64,000 nucleotides of DNA from Arsenophonus sp. (GTDB lineage Bacteria > Pseudomonadota > Gammaproteobacteria > Enterobacterales > Enterobacteriaceae). Position 1 is the stretch's first letter. Each line of letters begins with the position of its first letter. Position numbers and translations under genes: made by a program. Below, piece by piece: positions 11,865-23,029 of this stretch. The notes beneath the pieces are model-generated. The model had not been told where the DNA came from. It saw nothing but the letters and a program-made list of their open reading frames with translations, and made no database searches. The stretch is taken from assembly GCA_046530735.1 (NCBI GenBank), contig JBHEQV010000009.1, forward strand, positions 10,399 through 74,398, given 5' to 3'.

Positions 11865-12833
11865 ATGAGCATTAAGAAGTATGCTGTTTTATTAGTTAAC
11901 TTAGGGACGCCTGATGCACCAACACCAGAGGCAGTAAAACGTTTTTTGACATCATTTCTTAATGATGCAAGAGTTATTGATATTTCAAGGATAATTTGGA
12001 AACCGCTATTAAATTTGGTTATTTTACCATTACTCTTACCAAGAGTATGTAAATTATATCAATCAATTTGGACCGAAGATGGTTCACCATTGTTAAATTA
12101 TAGTTTACAACAGCTGGCTGCACTGGCAAAACAACTTCCTGCTATACCTGTCGAATTAGGTATGAGTTATGGTTCACCTTCTATCGCAGTAGCGATAGAT
12201 AAACTATTAATCAAGCAGGTTAAAAACCTAATTGTATTACCGCTTTATCCGCAATATTCTGGTTCAACCACAGCGGCAGTTTTTGATGCAATAAGCCGAT
12301 CATTAAAAAAATATCGAACCATACCTGGTATTCACTTTATTCGTAGTTATGCCGATCATCCATCTTATATTGATGCATTAAAAAAGTCGATTGAGTTAAG
12401 TTTTGAACGATATGGTGAACCTGATAGATTATTGCTTTCTTATCATGGCATTCCTAAGCGTTATGCAAAAACAGGTGATATTTATCCGCAGGAGTGTGAA
12501 TTGACAACTCGTTTACTTAGTGAATTAATTAATTTCCCTGCTAATAAAATTATTATGACTTATCAGTCACGTTTTGGTCGTGAGCCCTGGCTTACCCCTT
12601 ACACTGACGTTACCTTAAAAAGGTTAGCCAAGAACGGCGTTAAACATGTTAAGCTATTGTGTCCAGGTTTTTCAGTGGACTGTTTAGAAACGCTAGAAGA
12701 AATTGCGGTAAAAAATAAAAAATTATTTTATGCCGCTGGTGGGAAAAAATATCATTATATACCTGCACTTAATGCCTCCGAGAACCATATTATGCTAATG
12801 GTTGAATTAGTTAGAGATTTAGTTATTAGTTAA
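11865..12833 (+). CDS. hemH: Ferrochelatase
   Basis: [28 protein letters not shown] and DCLETLEEI motifs. Confidence 0.95.
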   Translation: MSIKKYAVLLVNLGTPDAPTPEAVKRFLTSFLNDARVIDISRIIWKPLLNLVILPLLLPRVCKLYQSIWTEDGSPLLNYSLQQLAALAKQLPAIPVELGMSYGSPSIAVAIDKLLIKQVKNLIVLPLYPQYSGSTTAAVFDAISRSLKKYRTIPGIHFIRSYADHPSYIDALKKSIELSFERYGEPDRLLLSYHGIPKRYAKTGDIYPQECELTTRLLSELINFPANKIIMTYQSRFGREPWLTPYTDVTLKRLAKNGVKHVKLLCPGFSVDCLETLEEIAVKNKKLFYAAGGKKYHYIPALNASENHIMLMVELVRDLVIS

Positions 12834-13053
12834 ATAGAATTAAAATTTCTACTAAACCTAAATACATTATATCATATATTTAAACTTTTCACCATAACTA
12901 TTTGTTTATAACAGTTAATATTAACTAATAATTGTTAAATTCTACATTTAGATTACCAATATAAATCATTACTGTTGCGTAACATGCTAAATTATTTATT
13001 TCATTTAATTATTTTTATATTTTAGTTATTTTAAATTATTTGATTATTTAATG

Positions 13054-14000
13054 GACTTATATTAATCTCTGGTATATGGAGATTCTGAGATGGTGGTGTA
13101 TCTCCTTCTGATTAATTTCATGGAATATCAACAGAAAGAGATGATATTCCATGAAAAGTTTACTCTATAAGTATTATCTAAACTAGATAATACCTGTAAT
13201 CTCTTGCATGAACACATCTGAAATTGTGGACAGTTAGCTGATAGCATCGCTGTTAAAGAGGAATTTGAGGGGCTATATTGCAACAATATACTGAACGCCC
13301 CTTTTTCCATAAGTTATCTAGTCGATCGTAACGGGTTATTTGTTGTAACGAACCATACAGGCTGGTATTAGCAATGTCGAGACTAAAGTATCGAAGATTA
13401 GGGATTGTAGCAGTAACAAATATACTTACAGCTCATTTCTACCGCCTTATCTTAAGCCTGCAAAAGCGGCGAAGAGGCATAAACCATGATTACTATATAT
13501 GCGAGGCATCATCACAGGAAATTTCATAAAGCCTTGTAGAGTTTTTAGATGAAAAAATATATGGCTTCCTGCTAAATACCATTAGCAGATTGAAATACCG
13601 ATGCTTCAAGGCATCGGTATTGATGCTTGCGTAATTTAAATGATACACTTATGTTTATTTCTTAACAGATGATATAAACCCCGTCCTATTGACGTCAATC
13701 TGATTGTCTTTTCCTACAAATTATATTGGCTTATATTGACTTAAATATAAGGAGCTCGTTCTGATCAAAGATCACTATCGAGAATCAGAACAAATTGAAT
13801 CTAACTTTCAATGGTCTGCTGCAAGCGTTGGGGAGTTTAATCGCATATTCCAGGAGTTTCCTACGAGAGATAGTACCCTTGATTTTTGGAATGCAATGAT
13901 AAGATATTCTTGGATATGCAGCATAATCCTGTTAGATACATAAAAAATTGATGTGCTAGCTTCATTCCGAAAAGGCATGTAACAGAAAGTTAAGGATGAG
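13054..14000 (+). mobile_element. IS256-family relic, truncated on the right
   Basis: Degenerate left end gacttatattaatctctggtatatgg. Contains cgtaacgggttat (RNGY) and later motifs. Fused to an IS1595 relic at about 14000. Confidence 0.8.
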
Positions 14001-14004
14001 AGTT

Positions 14005-14889
14005 CTCATTCATTAGTTGACTTACGATAATAATCTATCAGATTAGATTGATTTATGCATTGAAGTAACTGATTCTATTTTATCCTGTTCATATATTATC
14101 ACACTAATACGTTTCTGCTTGGAGGAGCCCCGTTAATTACGGTTACAGTATATTACTGTAAAATTTCCGATTGTAGGAAACCATTTAACAATCTGATTAG
14201 AAGCCCTCTAGTGAAACTTAAATTACAAGGATAAATAGTTTAACTATCTATAATGTATCTTGAATAACTTAACTTTACGAAGAGTTAATAAAACAAACAG
14301 ATATTCTTTTAAAAACAGCTATTTAGATTGGAGTAATTACTTTCTTGCTTCAGCGAAACAACCGCTAACATAAATGTATTAAATGCTATTGTTGACGTCA
14401 AGAGATATTTTTCCATGAATTCTTTAAAAAAGGTAAAAACGCGGGATAGAAGAAGATAAAAGAAAAAATAAATCGTGGTCTTAATCACCTCAGATTGACA
14501 TGTGGTGTCATATAAGCAATCAGATTCTTGAAAAGTTTAATGCAGAGTATGTTAGCTATTTATTTTGAAATAATCATCGATAAGAGTTAATTATTTATTC
14601 GGATAGAGTTAAATGATATGAAGGCTTTGCTAATAAACATGAAATTAGTTTCCATCACCTAATAAGGATAGATAACTATAGAGTTATTGATAAGGAATTT
14701 TACATTCAAAATATAAAGAGTTTTATCAACTGATTAAAAGGATGACTGAGTAAATTCCATGGTGTAAGGACGTTTATTTACCGAATTTCTAGCCTGGAGT
14801 AAGATTGTATAAAACTGCAACAATTAAAATATAGATGTGGTTATAAATTTCTCTGCGAGCAAAGTAAATAACCCTTTGTCAACATAGTT
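14005..14889 (+). mobile_element. IS1595-family relic, left end missing
   Basis: Fragment YYCKISDCRKPFNNLIRSPLVKL (zinc ribbon) and a degenerate IVEVDET region. Right terminal repeat tttgtcaacatagtt. Aligns with 59152-60178. Confidence 0.8.
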
Positions 14890-14894
14890 TTTTA

Positions 14895-16796
14895 TTAATA
14901 CACATCACCACAATTTAAACAAAATGCATAACGATTTTGTGGATCATTCATATACTGACAAAATTTTATTTGTTGTTGAAATTCATTAGCTATTTTTTTC
15001 GGCACTAACAATTCTAATGTATTGGGTATCATTGCTTCAACGATTGAAGTTAATTCGAGTATTAATTGATCAATAAAAGAACGTTCAGGCTTCACCCAGT
15101 TAAGTGAAGGTATAGTAATTTTAGCTAATTCAGCAGCTTTATTTACTGCGTCATCAAAATCACCTAGGTTATCAACCAGGCCATTTTGTAGCGCGTCTAA
15201 ACCTACCCATACTCGACCTTGAGCAATTTTATCTATCTCTTCTGGTGTTTTATGACGCGCCTGAGCCACATATTTTAGGAAAGTATGATAGCCATTTTCA
15301 ACAGTGATTTGCATCAAGTCAGAAAATTGTTTATTAATCCCTTTTGTCTCTGAGATATCCGCTAATGGAGTAGTGGAGACACCATCAGTATGGACACCAA
15401 TTGTACTTAAGCTTTTTTCGAAGGTATTTATTACACCAAAAATACCAATTGAACCGGTCAGAGTTGTTGGACTGGCAAAAATATAATTGGCCGGTGTTGA
15501 AATCCAATAACCACCTGATGCTGCCATTGCTCCCATCGAAACTACAATGGGTTTATTAGCGTCACGGGCAGCAATCAATTCATTACGTATTGCTTCTGAA
15601 GCGGTAACACTTCCACCAGGACTATTAACACGTAAAATAATAGCTTTTATATCAGGGTTAAGTCGTACTTTACGTATTTGCGCCACAATTGTTTCGCTGC
15701 CTATCATGCCAGGCTTTTGCAATCCATCAATAATAGAACCTTGGGCAATTATCACAGCAATGTTGTCAGGTTGATCATCAGATTGCTTTTTTTGCATCAG
15801 TTGACTTTTCTGTATCTGTTCATTTGGATAATCATAAATACTGATGTAATTAAAATGCTGATCTTTATCATTCCAACCAAATTTTTTGCTTAATTCTTTC
15901 TCTATAACTGCGTCAGTAAGAATATGATCAATAAGTTTTTGTTTAATCGCATATTGCGCACTATCACCATTAACGCTTTTCATTTCTTCAATTAATTTAT
16001 CAGCTCCTGGGAAAATATTTTCTGGCGTCGTTTTGCGGTTTTTCGCAACAGTTGATAAGTAATGTTCCCATAGTGAATTGATCCAAACTTTATCAGCTTC
16101 ACGCGCTTCAGGTGACATATCATCACTAATAAATGGCTCTACAGCTGATTTATAGCTGCCGATACGGAAAATATGGCTATTGACTTTTAAGTTATTCAAT
16201 AGCGTCTTATAATAGAGTTTATTGGTTGAAAAACCATAAATTCCGATATTACCTTCTTGTGACATATAGATATAATTGGCAAAACTTGCTAAATAATATT
16301 GTGATTGATTATAGCCATTACCTATTGCATAAATAGGTTTTCCAGCCTGATTAAATTCTGTTAATGCCTTACCAATATATTGTAAGGATGACTGGTCAGA
16401 ACTAATCAGATTATTTAATTGTAAAACAATACCAGTGATTTTGTCGTCATAAGTTGCCAGGCGAATAATATTTACAATTTCAAATAAAGAATTTTCTTTT
16501 ATACGATTGCTTGATGAGCCTAATAGCTCACGGTTCATTTTAATTTTAACAAAAGGATTAGGAATAGAGACTTGATCAACAATAACACCTTGTAAATCAA
16601 TAAGTAGCGCACCATGATATTGGTTAGTTAATTTTTTTTCATTTTTATAGGAAAAATAACTACTTGCTGCGATAAAGATCAAAAAAAGACAGATAAAACT
16701 ACTAAAAAATCGTCTAATAAAATTAAGTAATCGCCAAATAAATTTAAAAAAATTTGCAATTAAATTCCATGAGTTTTGCATCTGATCTCCAATCAT
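14895..16796 (-). CDS. sppA: Signal peptide peptidase SppA (protease IV)
   Basis: YKSAVEPF, RVNSPGGS, AASGGYW and GSIGIFG motifs with an N-terminal TM segment. True start may be the second Met. Confidence 0.95.
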   Translation of the reverse strand: MIGDQMQNSWNLIANFFKFIWRLLNFIRRFFSSFICLFLIFIAASSYFSYKNEKKLTNQYHGALLIDLQGVIVDQVSIPNPFVKIKMNRELLGSSSNRIKENSLFEIVNIIRLATYDDKITGIVLQLNNLISSDQSSLQYIGKALTEFNQAGKPIYAIGNGYNQSQYYLASFANYIYMSQEGNIGIYGFSTNKLYYKTLLNNLKVNSHIFRIGSYKSAVEPFISDDMSPEAREADKVWINSLWEHYLSTVAKNRKTTPENIFPGADKLIEEMKSVNGDSAQYAIKQKLIDHILTDAVIEKELSKKFGWNDKDQHFNYISIYDYPNEQIQKSQLMQKKQSDDQPDNIAVIIAQGSIIDGLQKPGMIGSETIVAQIRKVRLNPDIKAIILRVNSPGGSVTASEAIRNELIAARDANKPIVVSMGAMAASGGYWISTPANYIFASPTTLTGSIGIFGVINTFEKSLSTIGVHTDGVSTTPLADISETKGINKQFSDLMQITVENGYHTFLKYVAQARHKTPEEIDKIAQGRVWVGLDALQNGLVDNLGDFDDAVNKAAELAKITIPSLNWVKPERSFIDQLILELTSIVEAMIPNTLELLVPKKIANEFQQQIKFCQYMNDPQNRYAFCLNCGDVY

Positions 16797-17041
16797 ATGA
16801 TTAACATTTTTATGTTAAAAGGACATAAGATAATTGTCAGCCCAATAACTCATAGAATAATTAAAAATATTATTTTATTGCCATTAAAGCTGATTAAAAA
16901 TCTTACTTTACTATACTTATACTGATGATAAAATTCTATTTTTGAGAAAATACTTATAAAATACGAATTTTTTCGCAATTTATATCTATTAAATTAATTG
17001 CAATAAAAGTTAATTTTAACAGAGAGAAATCTATGAATTCT

Positions 17042-18347
17042 AAGTTATCCTTATTTTAGTGATAAAATTTTATAGGTGCTGGCATATCTCCTGCCTGATT
17101 AATTTAATGGATGATCTTCAACATATAGAGAGATGATATATTTTAAAAAAATCTACCACAGGTATCCGAAAAATTAGATATTATCTCTGATCTCTTGCAT
17201 GATCGCATCCTAATGGCATGTCAGGAAGAGATAGCACTGCTGTTGAGACTGAGATTGAATCCATATACTACAAGAGCATTATGAGCACCGCCTTTGGCGG
17301 CAGACGGAAGATATTCCGCCATCCGTAACGGGTTATGTATCACGGTGAATCATATAGATTGCTATTGGCGATGTTAAGATTAAACTGCTTAATATTAAAA
17401 GAGATCGCAGCGGCAACAGAATATGTTTCAACAGCTTGTTAGCACCTAATCTGAAACGTATAAAAAGTGGCAAAGAATTGATAGCATTCTTGTATTTGTA
17501 AGGCATGAGTAATATCTACAGGTGACTTTCATAAGGACTCTTTGGCAATTTCTCGGTGAGAAGTACATAATCTCTAGATTATCATCAGCAAACTAAAAGA
17601 GAAATCCCTTGGAAAGGACATTGGCAATGGCGGCACTGCATGGATGGGAAGAAACTCATTGCGATCGAAGATGGTTATTGAGAGTTAGAAGCTAATTGGG
17701 CTGAACTTCTCAATGGCTGTGAGCGCGTAGCTTAACCGTATCTCCAAGCTTCCTTATGAAAGGAAGTGATACCTTGTAGTTTTGGAATACAATGGCAAAA
17801 TATGCTCCTTAGCACGCAGCATTAATGCTATTTGGTACATAAAACAGCTAATATGCTGCCTTCACTCCCCAAAATCATAGAAGCAAAATTAAGACTTAGC
17901 TGTAGGATGTCTGGCTAGCAGAGACTCGCGATTCTGCTAATAAAATCTTTAATTTTTGTTGGCAAGGTCTTCAGTGTATTGTTTAGTTATGAAGAAGCTA
18001 GAGAAAGATTAAGAAAAATTGCTGTATCCTATGACTTCCCGTCAGCGCAGTATGTATAAACCCGTTAAATAAAAAAATAAGTCCCATTAAATCAGCTTTG
18101 TGATAGTGTAAGACTATGAAGCCAATGCGAGAAGAGCTGTAGTTCGAGAAAAATAATCCTTTCAATAGCATTTAAGCTGATACAGTCTGGTCAAAAAAAA
18201 GCTGGAATCATCTAAGAGGAACCGCTAACCTACTGGACCTTAGTACTAAACAATATCTAATTTAAGTATGGTGAATAGATTCATAAAGAATTAGAGTGGA
18301 ACGTTATCCTTGTGCCCCGTCTTGCACACCAAATTTACTAAAAACTT
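17042..18347 (+). mobile_element. IS256-family relic, full length, inserted just after the ydjA start codon
   Basis: Degenerate left end aagttatccttattttagtg and right end caccaaatttactaaaaactt. C-terminal fragment SSRKIILSIAFKLIQSGQKK matches the IS256 transposase tail. Confidence 0.85.
18158..18265 (+). repeat. Left arm of a 108-bp near-perfect inverted repeat
   Basis: Identical to the reverse complement of 18769-18877 except A8 versus A9 in one homopolymer (checked base by base). Confidence 0.95.
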
Positions 18348-18685
18348 AAGTAATAACTATCAGTAATAATTTGTTTTCAGATAAGAATTTTTGTATTGAC
18401 GATAATTTTGTCAAAAATAGCAGCAATAAAAGGGGAGTTTATAACTATGCTTTTTTATTTTTCTTCAACAAATTTTCTAAAATTAGCGTTAATTGTAGTT
18501 TTTTCCAATAATTGCCTAAATTTATAGATCTCTTAATTTTTGATCCCAAAAAATGCAATGGCCGTAATGATACCATGATCAGATGCTCGCATTCTGGCTG
18601 ATAAATATTATCTAGTGATTGCGTCAAGGTGACGGTTATCAAATAACTTATAGAACAGCGAGCTAATAATAAAGTTAAAGAATAC
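18348..18685 (-). pseudogene. ydjA: Nitroreductase YdjA relic (5' part), inverted relative to its start codon at 17033 (+)
   Basis: Translation SLTLLLARCSISYL..LDNI, then ARMRASDHG and SLRPLHF across frameshifts, matches YdjA (ALELLINRRSASRL..LQNIL, AGMRAPDH, MQPWHF). ydjA is the expected divergent neighbour of sppA. Confidence 0.75.
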
Positions 18686-20083
18686 AAGTTATTAACAAAT
18701 CTTCTTTTATAAGACGAAATCAGGTTATTCCTCTGCGTACTCATGCTTCATAAATCTATTTTCTATTATTAAATTAGATATTGTTTAGTACTAAGGTCCA
18801 GTAGGTTAGCGGTTCCTCTTAGATGATTCCAGCTTTTTTTTTGACCAGACTGTATCAGCTTAAATGCTATTGAAAGGGTTGTTTTTAAGACGCAGCACTC
18901 CTTGCATCACCTTTTTAGTCTTTAAACTGTCATAAAAGTTGATTCAATCCAAATTCGTTATTTTTATGATCCTAAGTGCACTGACGGAAAAGCATACAAT
19001 GCCAGCAGCTTTTCTCAATCTTTATCCAACTCTTTCATCGCTGAAAGATAAGCTGAAGCCTTTGCCAACAAACATTAAAGATTTTATTAGCGAAATTGCG
19101 ATTCTCTGGTAGGGAGACTTTTCGCAGCTCACCTTAACTTTCGGTTATATCCTTTTAAGAAGTAAAACCAGTGCATTAGCTATTTTGTGTAAATAATGAT
19201 GTTGGTGTTACATGTCTGAAAAGATTTTAAATTGCATTTCAAAACTAAGGTCACCCCGTCTGCGGTAGCAAGCTTAGAGATGCGATTAATTCACGCGATT
19301 GAAGTGCATTAGAAGTTTAAGCCCAGTCACTTTTGACTATCTATAATTATTTTCGAACATAACGAGCTCCTTATCTGCATGTGCAGTGACGCCAATAATG
19401 AACAGCAGGTAAAATGATCAGCTTGCCTGACAGAAGAAGCATTTGCCATCGGCAGAGAAATAAACGTAGCGCGGATCATCGCTTAAATCACGTAAGCACC
19501 ATTACCTATGCTCTTCAAAGTATTCCTTGTTTTATTCTGCTGATGTTCTTCACTGCAGGAGAACATGTGATTTTTATCTAGAACCGATTTTCCTAAAAGG
19601 ATTTCGTCAAAATCATCGGTAGATATGCCTTTACCAATACAGGCATGGTATCAACTCTTCGCTGCTTTTTCACGTTTCAGATAAACCGGGTAGTAGGAGC
19701 TCTTGAAGAATATTCCGTTGATGCTGCGATTCTTGACCTTATATAGGCACTTTAATCTCAATATCACCAATACCAGTTTCATGATTTGCTATGAGATATA
19801 ACCATGCGGATGATGAAATGTGAAGTTCGTCAAAAAGCAGCCTTGAGTATGTTGTTGCAGAATGGTTTGAACTTTGTCTTAACGACAAAGTTATCAATTG
19901 CCCAACAGAATTACGAATAAGTTTATACAAGAGACACAGGTAATACCTAGTTTTGAGATACCTGTATGTAATGGTAGATTTTTTATGGCATATTATATCT
20001 CTCTGTTGAGAATTTTCATGAAATTAATCAGAAAGATACGTCAAAATTTCCGAAATCACATACACTAGAAATGAGCATAACTC
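18686..20083 (-). mobile_element. IS256-family relic, full length
   Basis: Left end (rc) gagttatgctcatttctagtgtatg at 20083, right end aagttattaacaaatct at 18686. ORF fragment ETGIGDIEIKVP. Confidence 0.88.
18769..18877 (-). repeat. Right arm of the 108-bp near-perfect inverted repeat
   Basis: Partner of 18158-18265. Confidence 0.95.
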
Positions 20084-20575
20084 AAACTCATTAGCAATAT
20101 ATCTTTTAGTAATTTCTTTTTCTAAAAAAAAGAAATTTTTAAATCATTAAAAGCTATTGCCCTCTCCTTTTTAAGGTCAGGCTGAATTTTTTCCTTTTAA
20201 ATACTACTGTACTTAAAATGGCCTAAAAATCTTTAATTAATTTTACTAAGGTAATGTGGATTCGACTCCCTCGTACGATGCAATATTCTTGCTAATTTAC
20301 ACAATGAACTTTATTCGATAACCATCGTAAAAATTTTTCTTTCTTAAGAGAAAATAATTATTACATTTCAATCTTAAATATCAAATAAATATAATTTAAA
20401 TATCTTTTTGATAAAAAAGAGCTGACAAATAAATCTAAAAGATATTCTTTTACAGCTTTTTAAGCTAAAAGCAGTTATATTAATAATATAAAGAAAAATA
20501 ATTATAATTCCCTAATTAATTTTAGAACTGATATTATTACATCTAACTATTGTTTTAATTAGGTAATAGATTAGA

Positions 20576-21385
20576 ATGAAATTTGTTTCATTTAACATTA
20601 ATAGCCTAAGGGCACGCTTCCACCAGCTTGAAGCTATCATTAAAAAACATCAACCTGATGTCATTGGCTTACAAGAGACCAAAGTTGATGATTCTAGATT
20701 TCCTTTAGAGCAGGTTAATCAGCTAGGCTATCATATCTATCACCATGGACAAAAAGCACATTATGGTGTCGCACTATTTTGCAAACAAAAACCAATCAGT
20801 ATCCAAAAAGGATTCCCTTTCGACGATATTGATGCCCAGTGCCGTATTATTACGGCAGATATTGAAATAGAAAAAAGAATTATTACCGTAATAAACGGTT
20901 ATTTTCCACAAGGTGAATGCCGTGATCATCCAACAAAATTTGCAGCAAAAGAAAAATTTTATCAAGACATACAGCTTTATTTGCAAAATAATTTTTCACC
21001 TCAATCTCATATTATTCTTATGGGAGATATGAATATTAGTCCAACAGATCATGATATCGGGATTGGTGAAATAAATAGAAAGCGTTGGCTAAGTAAGGGC
21101 AGATGCTCTTTCTTACCTGAAGAACGCGAATGGATAGATAAATTAAAATCCTGGGGATTAATAGATACTTATCGTCAACAAAATCCAGAAATTACTGATC
21201 AATTTTCGTGGTTTGATTACCGATCGAAGGGATTTGTCGATAACCGAGGTTTGCGAATTGACTTGATCTTAGCATCAAGTTCATTGTTTGCATGCTCTTG
21301 TGAAACAGGCATTGATTATTCCATTAGAGGTATGGAAAAATCTTCAGATCATGCCCCTATTTGGGCAAAGTTTAAATTAAGTTAA
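20576..21385 (+). CDS. xthA: Exodeoxyribonuclease III
   Basis: [38 protein letters not shown] and SDHAP motifs. Confidence 0.97.
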   Translation: MKFVSFNINSLRARFHQLEAIIKKHQPDVIGLQETKVDDSRFPLEQVNQLGYHIYHHGQKAHYGVALFCKQKPISIQKGFPFDDIDAQCRIITADIEIEKRIITVINGYFPQGECRDHPTKFAAKEKFYQDIQLYLQNNFSPQSHIILMGDMNISPTDHDIGIGEINRKRWLSKGRCSFLPEEREWIDKLKSWGLIDTYRQQNPEITDQFSWFDYRSKGFVDNRGLRIDLILASSSLFACSCETGIDYSIRGMEKSSDHAPIWAKFKLS

Positions 21386-21435
21386 AATAAAATCAAAATG
21401 ATAGCAAAATAACGCTATCATTTTGATTTTATTTT
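21384..21435. terminator. Perfect 22-bp AT-rich stem, 8-nt loop (likely bidirectional terminator)
   Basis: aaaataaaatcaaaatgatagc / gctatcattttgattttatttt at the xthA stop, with A- and T-rich ends. Confidence 0.75.
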
Positions 21436-23029
21436 TTCGACTATTTTTTTTCTATTTATCTTCGATGACCTAATGTTGGGGGTGCAGAATATAGTTAAAG
21501 CAGTTTGCTGTCTGGTTTGTTGAACTAATATTTCAGTGTCATTAGTCAGTTATGATATAAGTTTTTATAAAAAACTGTTTTACACTGATTTGTATTAATT
21601 TAAACTCGCAATGAGCGGTCATGTTAGACAACATTCCATTCAGTGATAAAGATTTTAAAAGCAATTCCTGCTGGAGAAACAGGGTTATAATATAACTGAT
21701 TTTTTTAACTAAAAACTTTCGGTTAATTAACAATTTAATAATACCTTTTCAGCGCTTCATCTTGCACAAAATGGGCAATTCTGGTAATAACAAGAAAAAT
21801 ATCATTAGTAAAATTTTTTGTAGTTAGGTCTACTTTCCTATTATTTCACTGTTCTCGCAAAATAGTTCATTTTTTATTTTTCTCTCTGGTAGAGAGAGCC
21901 ATTATTATATCTATATTGTTTATTAGCACTCAAAATCACTTGTCAACTAAATTGGACCCAAATAGCTAAGCAGCTTTGGCAATATATTTCCTTCCTTGTG
22001 ATCTCCAGTTCAACAATTTATTTATATTCATATTTGCGATAAACTAGATAATATATTGATAAGCAATTAATGCATAAAAATTGCTTTTATTTTTATCAAT
22101 CTGCATCACAGTTCCTCTAGCTGTAGGAATCATTAGATAATTGTATATTAACCTTTTTATCATCCAAATAGAGATTTTTTTATCTGATAACTTAATTGAC
22201 AGAAATTTTGTGAAACCAAGCTGATAAACATAAATAGCTTTTAATACCTCATAATAAATAACAAAATGTTCTTGTGGTAAGTAACGATAAACTAAGCAAG
22301 GATAAATAATAACTTTATATTTTTATATAATTACCTAACATATAGCAAAAACTTCTTTGATACTTAAGGAATGTTTTGGTTACTTCAATTTATAAAGCTG
22401 ACAATGAATAAAGCAAGGACGCAATTTCTAATTTTTGTTTATTAATGATATACAATAACTAAAGCTGATTGATGAGTAATTCGTACAGGGACATGATCAG
22501 CTAAAAGGTGATGAAGCAAATACCTACTTAATTCTGATAATCAATACAAGTTTTACTTGACTACCAGATAGCAGTGAAATATTATTCATGGACGTGATTA
22601 TATCAGATTTTAATTCAAAAAATCTTTAGCAACAAAATGCTTAATCTTTTCATCTCTTCTAACCATCAATTCTAATATACTGACGTTTAAATTCGCCAAC
22701 AGAAATACCATTGATAAAAACTCATCCCTGGATAAGGAAATATATGCTCGCATCATATTTATACCATACAACCAATATCTATCATGAAGTCAACCAGCAG
22801 AATAACGTAGCATCGCTTCTTAAATTTCATATACCATAAATTAACATAACTATCTTAGCAAAACATGGTTTCTAACCACAGAAATTAGTTTTAAACTAAA
22901 TTGATAATTTATTAAACTTACAATTATTAGATAAATAAAATTATTTATATAGGTTTTAATGCTAATATTAAAATTAAAAATTTCATGAATAAATTATAAA
23001 TATTAATGATTTATTATTTTTTTATTAAC

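Noticed and set aside
17042-20083. Reading the inverted IS pair as an active composite transposon or recombinase-driven phase-variation switch
   Set aside because: Both transposases are destroyed, no recombinase gene is nearby and the cargo is a pseudogene; only passive inversion is supported.
20256-20280. gtggattcgactccctcgtacg resembles a tRNA T-arm/3' end or an attachment site
   Set aside because: No acceptor, D or anticodon arms can be built upstream and there is no CCA or integrase nearby. At best a very degraded remnant; tRNAscan-SE or ARAGORN would settle it.
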